Shown: in pieces, positions 1 through 9,644 of the stretch
Layout of the letters: each line of letters opens with the position of its first letter
Position numbering within the stretch: position 1 is the stretch's first letter
DNA from: a virus
Lineage: Duplodnaviria; Heunggongvirae; Uroviricota; Caudoviricetes
Virus record (IMG/VR): IMGVR_UViG_3300022305_001387
Coordinates: 1 to 64,000 of that record
Length of the DNA stretch: 64,000 nucleotides
Reading direction: 5' to 3' (one strand)
Notes under the pieces: generated by a model
The model's input: only the letters and a program-made list of their open reading frames with translations
Told to the model about the DNA's origin: nothing
The model's database searches: none
Translations under genes and position numbers: made by a program

Positions 1-183
1 TTGTATAATAATGTAACTAATCTATATGATATTATATCTGAATCTGATTTTGGAATATATCAATTAGGAAATGTTATTTTAGACATTAAAGAATTAAAAG
101 AATCTACTTCATCATTCAAAGTAGAAAACCCACCATTTGACATGAATTTATTAACGATAGAATAATATTTATATAAAAAGAAA

Positions 184-486
184 ATGGAAGCAGCAAGACC
201 AAAAATAAATGTAAAGATAGCAGGAAAAAATCTTGGGCTATTATTTGATGTTAATGATCATGAAACAAAGAAAGGCATTAAGTTGCATTTTGTGTTAGAT
301 GAAAACTTTGATGATGTTAGAGACAAGCAAGCACTCGCATCGAAAATATCTACAGCTTTGCAAAGAAAATTCGGCCAAGCAGGAATTGTAATAGATTACG
401 ATGAAAGATCTCCATACGAAAATGCAATATCATACATAGTACCTCTACAATCAATATCAGAGATTCTTATAAAAGCATTAAAATAA
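184..486 (+). CDS. hypothetical protein (100 aa)
   Basis: ATG ORF in track; A-rich upstream; part of co-directional plus-strand array. Confidence 0.5.
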   Translation: MEAARPKINVKIAGKNLGLLFDVNDHETKKGIKLHFVLDENFDDVRDKQALASKISTALQRKFGQAGIVIDYDERSPYENAISYIVPLQSISEILIKALK

Positions 487-503
487 TAAATAAAAAATAA
501 GTT

Positions 504-857
504 GTGGCAAGAAGAAAAACGATAAGAGCTTTATTCGAAGACATCAATAATCTAACATCAGAAGATATAATAAAATCTCAAGCTCTAAAACAATTACTTA
601 AAGTACAAGTGCCTGTTTGCATATTAGATGCTCATAATACTAAGAAACAATATGCAAGTGTATTTGAAATAAATGAAACTGAAAATTACGTAGACATACA
701 TAGAAGAGATTGGGTTCAAGCTTTAGAGACATGTATATTATGGTATCTTGAAACTGAAGAATATGAGAAATGCAGTAAGATACGAATGATCATTGAAGAA
801 ATTCAAAAGAAACCGAAGACAAAGATTAATGTTAAAACAGAACAAAATGGCGAATGA
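504..857 (+). CDS. hypothetical protein (117 aa)
   Basis: ATG ORF in track, co-directional. Confidence 0.5.
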   Translation: MARRKTIRALFEDINNLTSEDIIKSQALKQLLKVQVPVCILDAHNTKKQYASVFEINETENYVDIHRRDWVQALETCILWYLETEEYEKCSKIRMIIEEIQKKPKTKINVKTEQNGE

Positions 858-1248
858 TTATAAGAATGTTCAAATAGCAGTCGAAGAACTTTTAAATACT
901 AAAACAGTGATTAGAAGAAAAAAGAAAAGCGAACAGAATAAAAAGAAAGAATTATTTATTCAAGCTATAAACAATATAGAAACTGGAATAATAAGAACTA
1001 ATATAGCTTTTGCTGATTTCGGAATTGACTATTCTAATTACGATGAGGCGTATCATATTGCTATAGACTCCCTTATTATACTTGCATTTGGTAAAGATGC
1101 CGCAGAGCTAATTGGGTTCTATCTTTGGGACAGAGTAAATCCAGATGGCTCAATAAATCCAGTACTCGATGAAGATGATAATGAAATATTACTTAAAGAT
1201 GTCCATGAATTATGGGATCTATTATGTAAATTGAATCCACAACTTTAA
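847..1248 (+). CDS. hypothetical protein
   Basis: Track ORF starts at 793; internal ATG at 847 gives an ATGGCGAATGA start/stop overlap with the upstream gene, typical of this array. Confidence 0.45.
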   Translation: MANDYKNVQIAVEELLNTKTVIRRKKKSEQNKKKELFIQAINNIETGIIRTNIAFADFGIDYSNYDEAYHIAIDSLIILAFGKDAAELIGFYLWDRVNPDGSINPVLDEDDNEILLKDVHELWDLLCKLNPQL

Positions 1249-1249
1249 T

Positions 1250-1951
1250 ATGCCTAAAGAGTTTCGTTATTTTGGATATGACTTCACAGAAGAAGATGTT
1301 CGCAGAGCTATGGCTGCGACTAGAAGTAATGCTGAAGCCGCAAGATACTTAAAAGTGGGAATCACCACATACAAAAAATACGCAAAGAAATATATTGACA
1401 TTCTCACAGGAAAAAATCTATGGTATCTTCATATGAATACCTCTTCTCGAGGTATACCAAAGAAATGGAATACTGGAGAATTAAAAGGAGATCTTGATAA
1501 GATGCTAACTGAGAAACAACACAATAGTCCAAAAAGATTGGCTGTGTTAAAAGCTCTACTTATGAAGGACGGCAGATTAGGATACTGCTGTCATGCTTGT
1601 GGCTTCAGCGAAAGAAGATTAACAGACATGAAGCTACCTTTGATAATATCATTCAAGAATGGACACAGAAATGATTGGAGAATAGATAATTTAAAATGGG
1701 TATGTTACAATTGTGCATTCGTACTTGGATTAGATTACTTCTCAAATAGAATGATAAGAGACATGGAATCGTTTACAGTACATACACCAGAAAAAAATGA
1801 AGAGATAAAAAAATTCTATGATCTCGATGAATTCTATATGCAACATTTATCAAAGCTTGGACTAGACGACAAAGGCGATATAATACAAAAAGATACTCCA
1901 CCCCCGCCTGAACATGATGATGCTGACGATCTTATAGACATAATCAATTAA
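1250..1951 (+). CDS. putative HNH-type endonuclease with N-terminal HTH-like region
   Basis: Cys/His pattern CCHAC...HRNDWRIDNLKWVCYNC resembles the HNH/zinc-finger nuclease motif; N-terminus AEAARYLKVGITTYKKYAK is HTH-like. Confidence 0.45.
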   Translation: MPKEFRYFGYDFTEEDVRRAMAATRSNAEAARYLKVGITTYKKYAKKYIDILTGKNLWYLHMNTSSRGIPKKWNTGELKGDLDKMLTEKQHNSPKRLAVLKALLMKDGRLGYCCHACGFSERRLTDMKLPLIISFKNGHRNDWRIDNLKWVCYNCAFVLGLDYFSNRMIRDMESFTVHTPEKNEEIKKFYDLDEFYMQHLSKLGLDDKGDIIQKDTPPPPEHDDADDLIDIIN

Positions 1952-1954
1952 TTA

Positions 1955-2182
1955 TACATGATGATTTTTAATCAATCATAACTATATAATATCCAATTGA
2001 AAACAACGCATTGGTAGTCAATAAGTCATGAGTTAATAATAATTTACATATGTAAAGCATTGGTTCTCCCCGAAATATTTTTGAAAATAGTTGCGAAATA
2101 ATTTTACCATGTCAACGGATAGGGGTACTTTTACACTAATCGGCCGATATTGGTTAGATATTATAAAAAAAATTAATAAGTT
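1955..2182 (+). promoter_or_regulatory. conserved intergenic promoter/5'UTR module, copy A
   Basis: Contains TGTAAAGCATTGGTTCTCCCCGAAATATTTTTGAAAATAGTTGC...AATTTTACCATGTC, shared with copies at 4.9, 9.1 and (partially) 31.3 kb; TTTG / TAnnTTT-like Bacteroidota promoter elements. Confidence 0.5.
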
Positions 2183-3262
2183 ATGGCATTATCAAAACGC
2201 AGTTTGCAACAAGCAAAGCAAGTATTGAAACAGATCTTAGAATCAGATGTAGATGTTATCGTAACACGCGCTACGTTAGACATTAAAATTGAAATTGTAA
2301 AATTCCCATGGCTCAAATCCAATCACGATCGCAATCCTAAAAGACAAACAATCTATGTAAGCAAACAATACGATCCAATTCGTTATTGGATGGTGACAAC
2401 AGGCTTTCTCAAACAAGAATATGATCAAAACAAATATTGGTACTATGTAAACAAATCTGGAATTAGACGCTTTTTAGAGACAGGCATAATTCCGCAATTG
2501 AATATATCAACTAAACGAAACGAATATATGACAAAAAAAGAAAGAACTTTACAACATGTTGAAGCGCATAACAATGAAATGCATTACACCGACATTATCA
2601 AGTTCGTCTATGAATTGAATAATGGCAAAGGCACATTCGATCCTATAGAGAATCGTGGTTATTATTCAAGTGCATTTCGTAAGAATGCTACATATCGAAA
2701 TGGCATGAGAATCCCAGACGGACACTTTGTAAAAGATAATCGTAAAGGCTATTTGTTTAAATTGCCTAATGGTCTTTGGGCTGTTTGTCGTCCAGGTGGT
2801 AAAAAGAAAGAAGAAACAAAAATTAATATAGATCGATTCCTTACTGATGCTGAATACAATCGTATGTGTAATGCATTGGCAGTGCATAGCATAACATCTG
2901 ATCAACTCGATAATCTTGCAACCAAATATTGGTACAAAGGAGATGGTGATGTAGTGTCTTGTTATAATTGGGCATACAATGATCTTCTACCTCAAAACGA
3001 AATATCGGAAACTGTTAAAGATCTCTACAAAGAATTAGATAGAATTGCAGACGAGATGATTACAGAAAATAAAGCTCAAGAGAAAAAATACATGATAGTA
3101 TGGAAAACAGATAGCGATCATGATATTGTAGAAGGCATATTCTCAGAACAACAAGTAAAGAACTTTTTCGAAGATAGAAATACTAATGCGTTCTATGTAG
3201 TTGAGATTGCAAAGATGGTAGATATAGAAAAGAAAATCACTACGACTATTTCAATAAAGTAA
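2183..3262 (+). CDS. hypothetical protein (359 aa)
   Basis: Long ATG ORF directly after module A and an AAGTTATG start context. Confidence 0.6.
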   Translation: MALSKRSLQQAKQVLKQILESDVDVIVTRATLDIKIEIVKFPWLKSNHDRNPKRQTIYVSKQYDPIRYWMVTTGFLKQEYDQNKYWYYVNKSGIRRFLETGIIPQLNISTKRNEYMTKKERTLQHVEAHNNEMHYTDIIKFVYELNNGKGTFDPIENRGYYSSAFRKNATYRNGMRIPDGHFVKDNRKGYLFKLPNGLWAVCRPGGKKKEETKINIDRFLTDAEYNRMCNALAVHSITSDQLDNLATKYWYKGDGDVVSCYNWAYNDLLPQNEISETVKDLYKELDRIADEMITENKAQEKKYMIVWKTDSDHDIVEGIFSEQQVKNFFEDRNTNAFYVVEIAKMVDIEKKITTTISIK

Positions 3263-3296
3263 TCTAATCATTATAACATAATTAAAATAATAACAT

Positions 3297-3482
3297 ATGA
3301 AACAGCAAACTACTAAGTGTTCATTAGTGAGTTACATTAAAGAATTCAATGCGTGGTGTGAAATGTTTAAAGTCGGCACCATGGTAAAATTCAGAGAAGA
3401 GAAAAGAATGTATTATCCCGGAGAGTTTGATACTGAAAAATTTAAAAAAATGGTCGCATCAAAAAAAGAACTAGTCAAATGA
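3297..3482 (+). CDS. hypothetical protein (61 aa)
   Basis: ORF; ATGA overlap with the next gene. Confidence 0.45.
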   Translation: MKQQTTKCSLVSYIKEFNAWCEMFKVGTMVKFREEKRMYYPGEFDTEKFKKMVASKKELVK

Positions 3483-3871
3483 AAAATAAATTAACGCATC
3501 ATGACGCAAAAAGAATTTTGCAATGGTGCATGGATACATATGGAAAAAGCAAATGCAATGGTAATTTCCCAGCCATAGAATTCAAAAAGCCAGATCATAG
3601 TCAGCAAGACTATGCTGGCTACTATGATGAGGACGAAGAACTAATATTTGTTAACAAAGATCTGAATACAACCATTGAAGAATTAGCTAAAACTATTATC
3701 CACGAATATACTCATTATGTTAAGCATCCAATGAAAGATTATTATACTTTGGCACGGTATTTGAAGCATGATAGTAATCCGATGGAGATCGAAGCATCAA
3801 AGATAGAGAAGCGCGACTATAAGAAATGTTTAAATGAGATAAAAAATCGATGCAAAGGCCAAAAAAATTGA
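3479..3871 (+). CDS. putative HExxH zinc-metallopeptidase-like protein
   Basis: Motif TIIHEYTHYVKH (HExxH); 130 aa. Confidence 0.4.
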   Translation: MKNKLTHHDAKRILQWCMDTYGKSKCNGNFPAIEFKKPDHSQQDYAGYYDEDEELIFVNKDLNTTIEELAKTIIHEYTHYVKHPMKDYYTLARYLKHDSNPMEIEASKIEKRDYKKCLNEIKNRCKGQKN

Positions 3872-3908
3872 TTGCAAAGCAAAATTAATAAAAGGAAAAG
3901 AATATTTA

Positions 3909-4127
3909 TTGTATATGCTAACGCAAGAAAAAATAAATAGGTTGGCAGAAATTGCAATTCCTGATAAGGTTCATCCATATCTACACATAAACTGTCAGGA
4001 AGCATGGGTAAGTGTAGTTGCAAACCTAATAAAGGAAAAGCAAATCCAACCAAAAAATTACAATCTGTTATTGCTTGTTAAACATTGGGAGATAGTGCTT
4101 TTAAATTATTACAGTACCCAAAACTAA
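3909..4127 (+). CDS. hypothetical protein (72 aa)
   Basis: ORF in track. Confidence 0.4.
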   Translation: MYMLTQEKINRLAEIAIPDKVHPYLHINCQEAWVSVVANLIKEKQIQPKNYNLLLLVKHWEIVLLNYYSTQN

Positions 4128-4132
4128 CTCAA

Positions 4133-4447
4133 ATGAACCACCTACAGATTTTAATTCCCAAAATGAATGACGTTATGCTTCAATACGGGATTCTCGGAAT
4201 ACTATCTTTTTTTCTTGGCTATTTTGCATGGCATACTTATCAATCAGTATCAAAGAAAAACGATGAAGAATACAAGAGAATGGTCACTCGTAATGAGAAA
4301 CTCGAATCTGATGTTGAAAAACTAAGAAGCGAAATGATGGACGTTATAGTAGAAGAGAGAGATAGAATGGCAAGTCTTGTTAGTGCAAATACAACTGCAC
4401 TAGTAGAATTGAGAAAAACTATTGTTGATTATCTACTTGAACACTAA
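4133..4447 (+). CDS. membrane-anchored coiled-coil protein
   Basis: Start moved to ATG 4133 just after the stop of the upstream gene (track ORF starts at 4085); hydrophobic segment GILGILSFFLGYFAW followed by a charged helical region. Confidence 0.45.
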   Translation: MNHLQILIPKMNDVMLQYGILGILSFFLGYFAWHTYQSVSKKNDEEYKRMVTRNEKLESDVEKLRSEMMDVIVEERDRMASLVSANTTALVELRKTIVDYLLEH

Positions 4448-4480
4448 AATATTATTCACGTAATCCTATCTTATGAGACT

Positions 4481-4762
4481 ATGCAAAATAGATTTACACT
4501 ACTCACTAAGATGGCGGACCGTTTATTGAAGGCAAGCAATAAGATCGAAGCCTTAAATAAATCGCGTGAACGATCAGATAAGATAAAGAAACTTCACGAA
4601 TCAATTTCTGAAAGATACAAATTCATAGTCACTAGACATGAAAGCCTTATCGATATAGAATGCGATGTGAAGTTTCTCAAACTTATAGAAAAGACATTAT
4701 CTCCTACATCGAGTCAAGAGAATAAATTAGATGCTCTTTTTAAGAAGTACAACATCAAATGA
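4481..4762 (+). CDS. hypothetical protein (93 aa)
   Basis: ORF in track. Confidence 0.45.
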   Translation: MQNRFTLLTKMADRLLKASNKIEALNKSRERSDKIKKLHESISERYKFIVTRHESLIDIECDVKFLKLIEKTLSPTSSQENKLDALFKKYNIK

Positions 4763-4764
4763 AT

Positions 4765-5024
4765 ACGACTGTTGACGCACCAGAAGCTCACCATCTCAGC
4801 ATATCTATACGCCTTATACATATATAGCCCCCTCCCCCTATCATAACTGATTGATTATCAATAGAGCAAACAAATATAACTTTGTTTAATATGTAATTGA
4901 TTGGTTCTCCCTGAAGTATTTTTAAAAAAAGTTACTAAAAATTTTACCATGTCGCGGGAACGCGGTAATTTTACCCTATTCGGCCAACGATAGGCTATCA
5001 AATTATAAAAAAAAATAATAAGTT
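4765..5024 (+). promoter_or_regulatory. conserved intergenic promoter/5'UTR module, copy B (includes C-tract element)
   Basis: CCTTATACATATATAGCCCCCTCCCCCTA at 4812-4840, then TTGGTTCTCCCTGAAGTATTTTT...AATTTTACCATGTCGCGGG...TTCGGCC, matching copies A and C. Confidence 0.5.
4812..4840. repeat. C-tract element CCTTATACATA.ATAGCCCC..CCCC (copy 1 of 2)
   Basis: Near-identical to 9008-9036; CCCCCTCCCCC runs in an AT-rich genome. Confidence 0.7.
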
Positions 5025-5810
5025 ATGACAAAATTGAATTACAAAAATGCTGCTCAAGCCAAACGCGAAACTGGATTATCTTACATTGGAGCTGTTAACT
5101 CAAGCGCTAAGATCTTAAAAAACGAAAAGTATAATGAGCTTACTTACATTATCTATCTCGCACCCGCCAACCTAAGCGGATATGAAGTGTGTCCGATGCG
5201 TACAGACGAATGTACACACGCATGTTTATTTGGTAGTGGCCAAGTTATCATGGATAAAACTAATCGTATTGTTGAATCGCGTATCAAAAAGACACAAATG
5301 TTTTTCACTGATCGTGAGTACTTTATGTCGTGGGTAGTAAAAGAGATTGAACAAGCTAAAGCAAAAGCTGAGAAGAAAGATATGAAATTCTCTGTACGTT
5401 TGAATGGTACATCAGATCTCGAACCAACACTATTCAAATTAAATAACAAAACACTATTTGAAATATTTCCAGACGTACAGTTCTACGACTATACTAAAGT
5501 GCCTAAACGTTTTAGATTGCTGCAAACATATAGTAACTACGATCTAACGTTTAGTTATTCTGGACACAATTGGTCTGCATGTGAAGATATATTAGATAGC
5601 AAATCTGGTCGTGTAGCAGTGGTATTCGAAAAGAATTTACCTGAAACTTACAAAGGTTATAAGGTAATCGACGGCGATGCATATGATATGCGATACGTAG
5701 ACGACAAGAGTGTAATTGTTGGATTGAAATTTAAACGCGTTAAGAATAAAGTAGAAAAGACAAACAACGCATTCATCGTAGCGATAGACGATATTAATAG
5801 AAATAAATAA
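5025..5810 (+). CDS. hypothetical protein with Cys cluster (261 aa)
   Basis: Long ORF after module B; CPMRTDECTHAC motif; no confident family assignment. Confidence 0.6.
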   Translation: MTKLNYKNAAQAKRETGLSYIGAVNSSAKILKNEKYNELTYIIYLAPANLSGYEVCPMRTDECTHACLFGSGQVIMDKTNRIVESRIKKTQMFFTDREYFMSWVVKEIEQAKAKAEKKDMKFSVRLNGTSDLEPTLFKLNNKTLFEIFPDVQFYDYTKVPKRFRLLQTYSNYDLTFSYSGHNWSACEDILDSKSGRVAVVFEKNLPETYKGYKVIDGDAYDMRYVDDKSVIVGLKFKRVKNKVEKTNNAFIVAIDDINRNK

Positions 5811-5834
5811 TTAATTACAATAAAAATAAAAGTT

Positions 5835-6095
5835 ATGACTAAGAAAGAAATTAAAAATGAAATTAACAAAGCGGTGTACATATATGCCGAATCATTAGGT
5901 TACGATATGTCAGACGATAATGACGGATCATGCGTAACATTCTCCAAACCCGATAGAAAAGATGCTTACGATTGTATCGAATACAGTCGTTCGTATCACG
6001 AAACGTACGTTGTAAATTGGTGCAGCAATGAATTAAAATCAGACGCAGATATAATCAACGAATTTGCAAAACAACAACAATTAAATTATCAATAA
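5835..6095 (+). CDS. hypothetical protein (86 aa)
   Basis: ORF preceded by AATAAAAATAAAAGTTATG. Confidence 0.5.
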   Translation: MTKKEIKNEINKAVYIYAESLGYDMSDDNDGSCVTFSKPDRKDAYDCIEYSRSYHETYVVNWCSNELKSDADIINEFAKQQQLNYQ

Positions 6096-6105
6096 AATAA
6101 GAGTT

Positions 6106-6351
6106 ATGAAATACATACTGACAACTAATAAAGATATTTACGAAGATTGTTATGGCTCTAAGGCGCTTAGACACAAAAAAGGTGCTAAAGTATCAATGAG
6201 CGAAAAGTACTTCAACGAATTAAAACAAAGTGGTACAGTTGAATTAATGTCAGGCTTCGGTGAATATATATCTACTGCTAAATACGCACTATCAGACTTC
6301 GAATCAGAAGTAACTGTCGAAAAACAAATTAATCAAAAAATAAAACTGTAA
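6106..6351 (+). CDS. hypothetical protein (81 aa)
   Basis: ORF preceded by AATAAGAGTTATG. Confidence 0.5.
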   Translation: MKYILTTNKDIYEDCYGSKALRHKKGAKVSMSEKYFNELKQSGTVELMSGFGEYISTAKYALSDFESEVTVEKQINQKIKL

Positions 6352-6357
6352 TAATTT

Positions 6358-6618
6358 ATGAACAAAGCTTTAATTACCACAGCATTTCAATTGTATGTAG
6401 ACACAGTTCCTATGGAAACAATGTCAGCAGATCATCCAGAATTTCACGATCTGTATTCCAAAGAGTGTCAACTATTCAATCTTCTCAGACAAATGGATTG
6501 GCAAGAATTAGAAGATTATAAATACAAAGTTAGAATCTATAATATCGATCATGGCATTTCAAACGAAAACAAGTGGTCTAAAGAAGATCTATATGAAGAC
6601 GAAGATCAAAATTATTAA
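6358..6618 (+). CDS. hypothetical protein (86 aa)
   Basis: ORF in track. Confidence 0.5.
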   Translation: MNKALITTAFQLYVDTVPMETMSADHPEFHDLYSKECQLFNLLRQMDWQELEDYKYKVRIYNIDHGISNENKWSKEDLYEDEDQNY

Positions 6619-6637
6619 TCAATAAAAAATAAAAGTT

Positions 6638-6807
6638 ATGAAGTTTCAAGAAAAAGGCAGCACTGCCAAAAAACATTTTCAAATTAGTTTAATCAAATCT
6701 ATTATTCGTATCTTCGCATGCGTATATCTTTGTTATGGAGATTATGTAGGAGCAGGTATTGTACTCGGTATTGCTGAGCTGCTTGGTATCTATGAAGAAA
6801 TTGCTTA
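6638..6807 (+). CDS. small hydrophobic protein (56 aa)
   Basis: Not in track (<60 aa); preceded by AAAAATAAAAGTTATG; hydrophobic stretch IIRIFACVYLCYGDYVGAGIVLGIAELLGI. Confidence 0.35.
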
Positions 6808-6835
6808 ATCAAATAATCAATAAAAAATAAAAGTT

Positions 6836-7084
6836 ATGAAAGTAAAATTAGAAATGTGCAAGTGCATCAAATGCGGTAATGATATGCCGCTCCTTCGTAA
6901 GATAAAATATGGTTATAAGAGTTGCATAAACTGTTCCACTGTTCAACCGGTTGGTGGAGTGCAAATCGCTAATCATAAAACAGGAAACGAGATACAAATC
7001 ATGCCAATGGAATTGGCGAATAGAATGAATACTCTAGCTTCAAGACAAGGGTACGGAGTTTGTTCTGGAATGAAACATAGTTAA
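6836..7084 (+). CDS. zinc-ribbon-like protein, paralog of 12501..12716
   Basis: CKCIKCGN...CINCS and shared ..HKTGNEIQIM.. with 12501 (..HKTADSIQII..). Confidence 0.5.
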   Translation: MKVKLEMCKCIKCGNDMPLLRKIKYGYKSCINCSTVQPVGGVQIANHKTGNEIQIMPMELANRMNTLASRQGYGVCSGMKHS

Positions 7085-7103
7085 TTAATAAAAAATAAAA
7101 GTT

Positions 7104-7358
7104 ATGAACGAAAAAGAAAAAACAATATTGACTGCTCTTGCAGTTTTGATAGGCTTGGCACTACTTTCAAGTATGACATCATGTATGTCTTCGAAAGACA
7201 TCTCAGGCAGAGATAGTTTAATTTCAGGTGCTAACCACAAATGCTCAATAAAAAGATCAATGAGATATTCCACATGGGAATATGCATCGCCTAATGTGCA
7301 GCTCATGATATCGCATAACAAATCTAATATGATTTTTGAAATAAATAAAAAGAAGTAA
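7104..7358 (+). CDS. putative lipoprotein / membrane protein
   Basis: N-terminus ILTALAVLIGLALLSSMTSC looks like a signal peptide with a lipobox-like Cys. Confidence 0.45.
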   Translation: MNEKEKTILTALAVLIGLALLSSMTSCMSSKDISGRDSLISGANHKCSIKRSMRYSTWEYASPNVQLMISHNKSNMIFEINKKK

Positions 7359-7360
7359 TT

Positions 7361-7474
7361 ATGTTTTGGATAGCATTCGCAATAGTTATTTTCGGTGCAT
7401 TAGTTTTAGAAACCGTAAAAATAATTTGTAAAACCATTTTCGATATCATTAAATTTATAAAAGAAAAGAGTTAA
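7361..7474 (+). CDS. small hydrophobic peptide (37 aa)
   Basis: MFWIAFAIVIFGALVLE...; fills the gap before 7477. Confidence 0.3.
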   Translation: MFWIAFAIVIFGALVLETVKIICKTIFDIIKFIKEKS

Positions 7475-7476
7475 TA

Positions 7477-8232
7477 ATGAAGAAAAAAAATAAAACCGTA
7501 GTTCTTGGAGACATTCATGGAAGATCAGTGTGGAAACTCATATATGAATTAGAGAAGCCTGATAAAATGATATTCATAGGTGATTACTTCGATTCCTTCG
7601 ATATCAAAGGCGTAGATCAATTAAACAACTTTCAAGACATAATCAAATTCAAAGAGAGCGGAGTGTGTGAAGTGATTATGTTAATAGGCAATCACGATCA
7701 TCATTATTTCCCAGAAATTGGAGATACAGGTACAAGTGGCTATCAACATTTATTTGCGCCATCAATTCAATATGTTGTAGATGAAAATAGACATCATTTG
7801 CAAATAGCGTATCAAATAGATGATATGTTATTTACTCATGCTGGTGTTAGTAGTGTTTTCATGGATCAAGTATTTGGAAAAGACGGATGGAAAGTAGAGA
7901 ACATTGCTATTGATCTAAATGAAATGTTCAAATACAAACCAAAAACATTTATATTCGGAGAATTTGCGCTCATGAATAAGATGTCTTATCTAGATCCTCA
8001 TGGTGATAGCGTAGATCAATCGCCTATTTGGATCAGACCTAAATCTTTAATGAGAGCAAATAAAGATACGCTTCGCAAAAAAGTTATACAAGTAGTAGGC
8101 CACACTCAACAGCACGAAATAGATAAGAAAGGCGCTGCTACAGGAGGAAGATATTATTACATAGATACTTTAGGAACAAGCGGCGAATACATGATAATAA
8201 ATGATGGAAAAATAAGTTTCAATAAAGTATAA
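7477..8232 (+). CDS. calcineurin-like metallophosphoesterase (Ser/Thr protein phosphatase family)
   Basis: Signature motifs GDIHG, GDYFD, GNHD in canonical order. Confidence 0.8.
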   Translation: MKKKNKTVVLGDIHGRSVWKLIYELEKPDKMIFIGDYFDSFDIKGVDQLNNFQDIIKFKESGVCEVIMLIGNHDHHYFPEIGDTGTSGYQHLFAPSIQYVVDENRHHLQIAYQIDDMLFTHAGVSSVFMDQVFGKDGWKVENIAIDLNEMFKYKPKTFIFGEFALMNKMSYLDPHGDSVDQSPIWIRPKSLMRANKDTLRKKVIQVVGHTQQHEIDKKGAATGGRYYYIDTLGTSGEYMIINDGKISFNKV

Positions 8233-8279
8233 ACTTTGGCATAAAATTTGCATTATAATAGATACAAAACCCACCTACT

Positions 8280-8409
8280 ATGAAAAAGCTACTTTATATT
8301 ATGATGACTCACATTACATGTTCATTTACTGGCCATGAATTGAAAACAGTTTACACATACAATGGAAGTACAAATTATAAGTGTGCTAAGTGCAATGAAC
8401 ACCAATAAG
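8280..8409 (+). CDS. small hypothetical protein (42 aa)
   Basis: Short ORF with CAKC motif; weak. Confidence 0.25.
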
Positions 8410-8496
8410 AAAAAACTTTTAACACTTATAAATTAGTTTTCTATAATCCAAATATTAGCTATATATTAGTCTTATAATTAAAAACAAATAAACGTT

Positions 8497-8775
8497 ATGA
8501 ACAAGAACACAAAACAAAGCTCAAAGAGCGTATCAAGCAATCGTCCAACATCTTACACAAAGTTGACGTACATTCAAAAAGTAAGTCGTATTAATCGTAA
8601 ACTTCGCACAGGAGACATCAGCCGTATTGCTGAAGCAACTGGCTACTCTACAACTCACGTATCAGACGTAGTTAGTGGTAAGTATTTCAACGACACCATC
8701 GTTAATCGTATCTACGATTTGACTCGTAATCGTGTATCAAACGCGGTTAAGTTGACGAAGATGGAGAATGCCTAA
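8497..8775 (+). CDS. putative HTH DNA-binding protein
   Basis: GDISRIAEATGYSTTHVSDVVSG resembles a helix-turn-helix. Confidence 0.45.
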   Translation: MNKNTKQSSKSVSSNRPTSYTKLTYIQKVSRINRKLRTGDISRIAEATGYSTTHVSDVVSGKYFNDTIVNRIYDLTRNRVSNAVKLTKMENA

Positions 8776-8819
8776 TAACAAAACATACTAACTGCTAGCG
8801 CATCGCAGCGCGGCACACA

Positions 8820-8883
8820 AGATCAGTCACCGGATTATGCTTTTCTAAGCTATCTTAAGACTGATCTTTTTTTATGTGCTCAC
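8820..8883 (+). terminator. possible hairpin terminator
   Basis: AGATCAGTC...GACTGATCT 9-bp stem (large loop) followed by TTTTTTT. Confidence 0.35.
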
Positions 8884-8989
8884 TTATACATGATAAAAAA
8901 TTCATATACACAACTGATTGATCGTAACAAATTTCAGCATATAATTGTTACGGAAATAATAGCTGCCAGATCAGTCAGGAAGCTCATGG

Positions 8990-9235
8990 CCAAAGCTTCG
9001 GATCTTACCTTATACATACATAGCCCCTGTCCCCTGTACGTACCCGCCTAGGCCCACGGCAACTGATTAAACACCAATAACTTATATATTCACTGGAAAT
9101 ATATGTGTAAAGCGTTGGTTCTCCCTGATATTTTTTTGAAAATAATTGCTTAAATATTTTTTTATGTCAAAAAATCGTCGTAGATTTCCTAAATAACAAC
9201 AAACAGACTACCTAACAATTAAAAAAAAACATAAT
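8990..9235 (+). promoter_or_regulatory. conserved intergenic promoter/5'UTR module, copy C
   Basis: CCTTATACATACATAGCCCCTGTCCCCTG, then TGTAAAGCGTTGGTTCTCCCTGATATTTTTTTGAAAATAATTGC...TGTCAAAAAATCGTCG...AAAAAAAACATAATATG. Confidence 0.5.
9008..9045. repeat. C-tract element (copy 2 of 2)
   Basis: CCTTATACATACATAGCCCCTGTCCCCTGTACGTACCCGCC; matches 4812-4840. Confidence 0.7.
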
Positions 9236-9592
9236 ATGAACAAAGCAACAACTTACAACGACGCTATCTGGAACACTTCATCTCAAGAGCAAACTGTTTA
9301 CATAGCTAAAGCTGCTACAAAGCTTACTGAAAAAGCATCTAGTGATACACGTGTAGAATATGTAGACTTCTTCGGTAAGAAGCAAATCATTGCATGTCGT
9401 ACTAACAAGCAATTAAAAGAAGCTATGCAATTCTTATCAATGTTGAAACGTGAATCTAATACAATCAATCAGATCTGCGCACAGTACAACGTTAAGAATG
9501 GTAAGTTTCAAAACTTATCAAAGCTTAAGCAACAATTAAGAGACGCTGGTCTTACTGCTTCTGCAGTTAATCGTTTAGCTGTTATTAAGTAA
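9236..9592 (+). CDS. hypothetical protein (118 aa)
   Basis: ORF after module C. Confidence 0.55.
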   Translation: MNKATTYNDAIWNTSSQEQTVYIAKAATKLTEKASSDTRVEYVDFFGKKQIIACRTNKQLKEAMQFLSMLKRESNTINQICAQYNVKNGKFQNLSKLKQQLRDAGLTASAVNRLAVIK

Positions 9593-9644
9593 TATCTATC
9601 TCAATTCAAATCAAATCATAAAAAAAATAAACAAAATAAAAGTT

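Noticed and set aside
2666-2905. Antisense track ORFs embedded in longer plus-strand genes, on the same minus strand as this 79-aa example (also 3817..4053, 5153..5449, 5657..5881, 7085..7321, 11382..11633, 12911..13201, 13544..13807, 16912..17340, 18043..18276, 19048..19251, 20107..20325, 20982..21206, 23602..23796, 24861..25745 set, 26264..26530, 27100..27300, 27994..28558 set, 29899..30108, 30581..31034, 33144..33383, 34181..34381, 36194..36490, 38112..38324, 39797..40027, 40361..40573, 41504..41767, 42004..42573, 43818..44048, 44448..44630, 48705..48890)
   Set aside because: They lie opposite well-supported co-directional genes and have low-complexity, AT-codon-driven sequences (F/I/L/Y/N-rich) without start contexts; typical AT-rich antisense artefacts.
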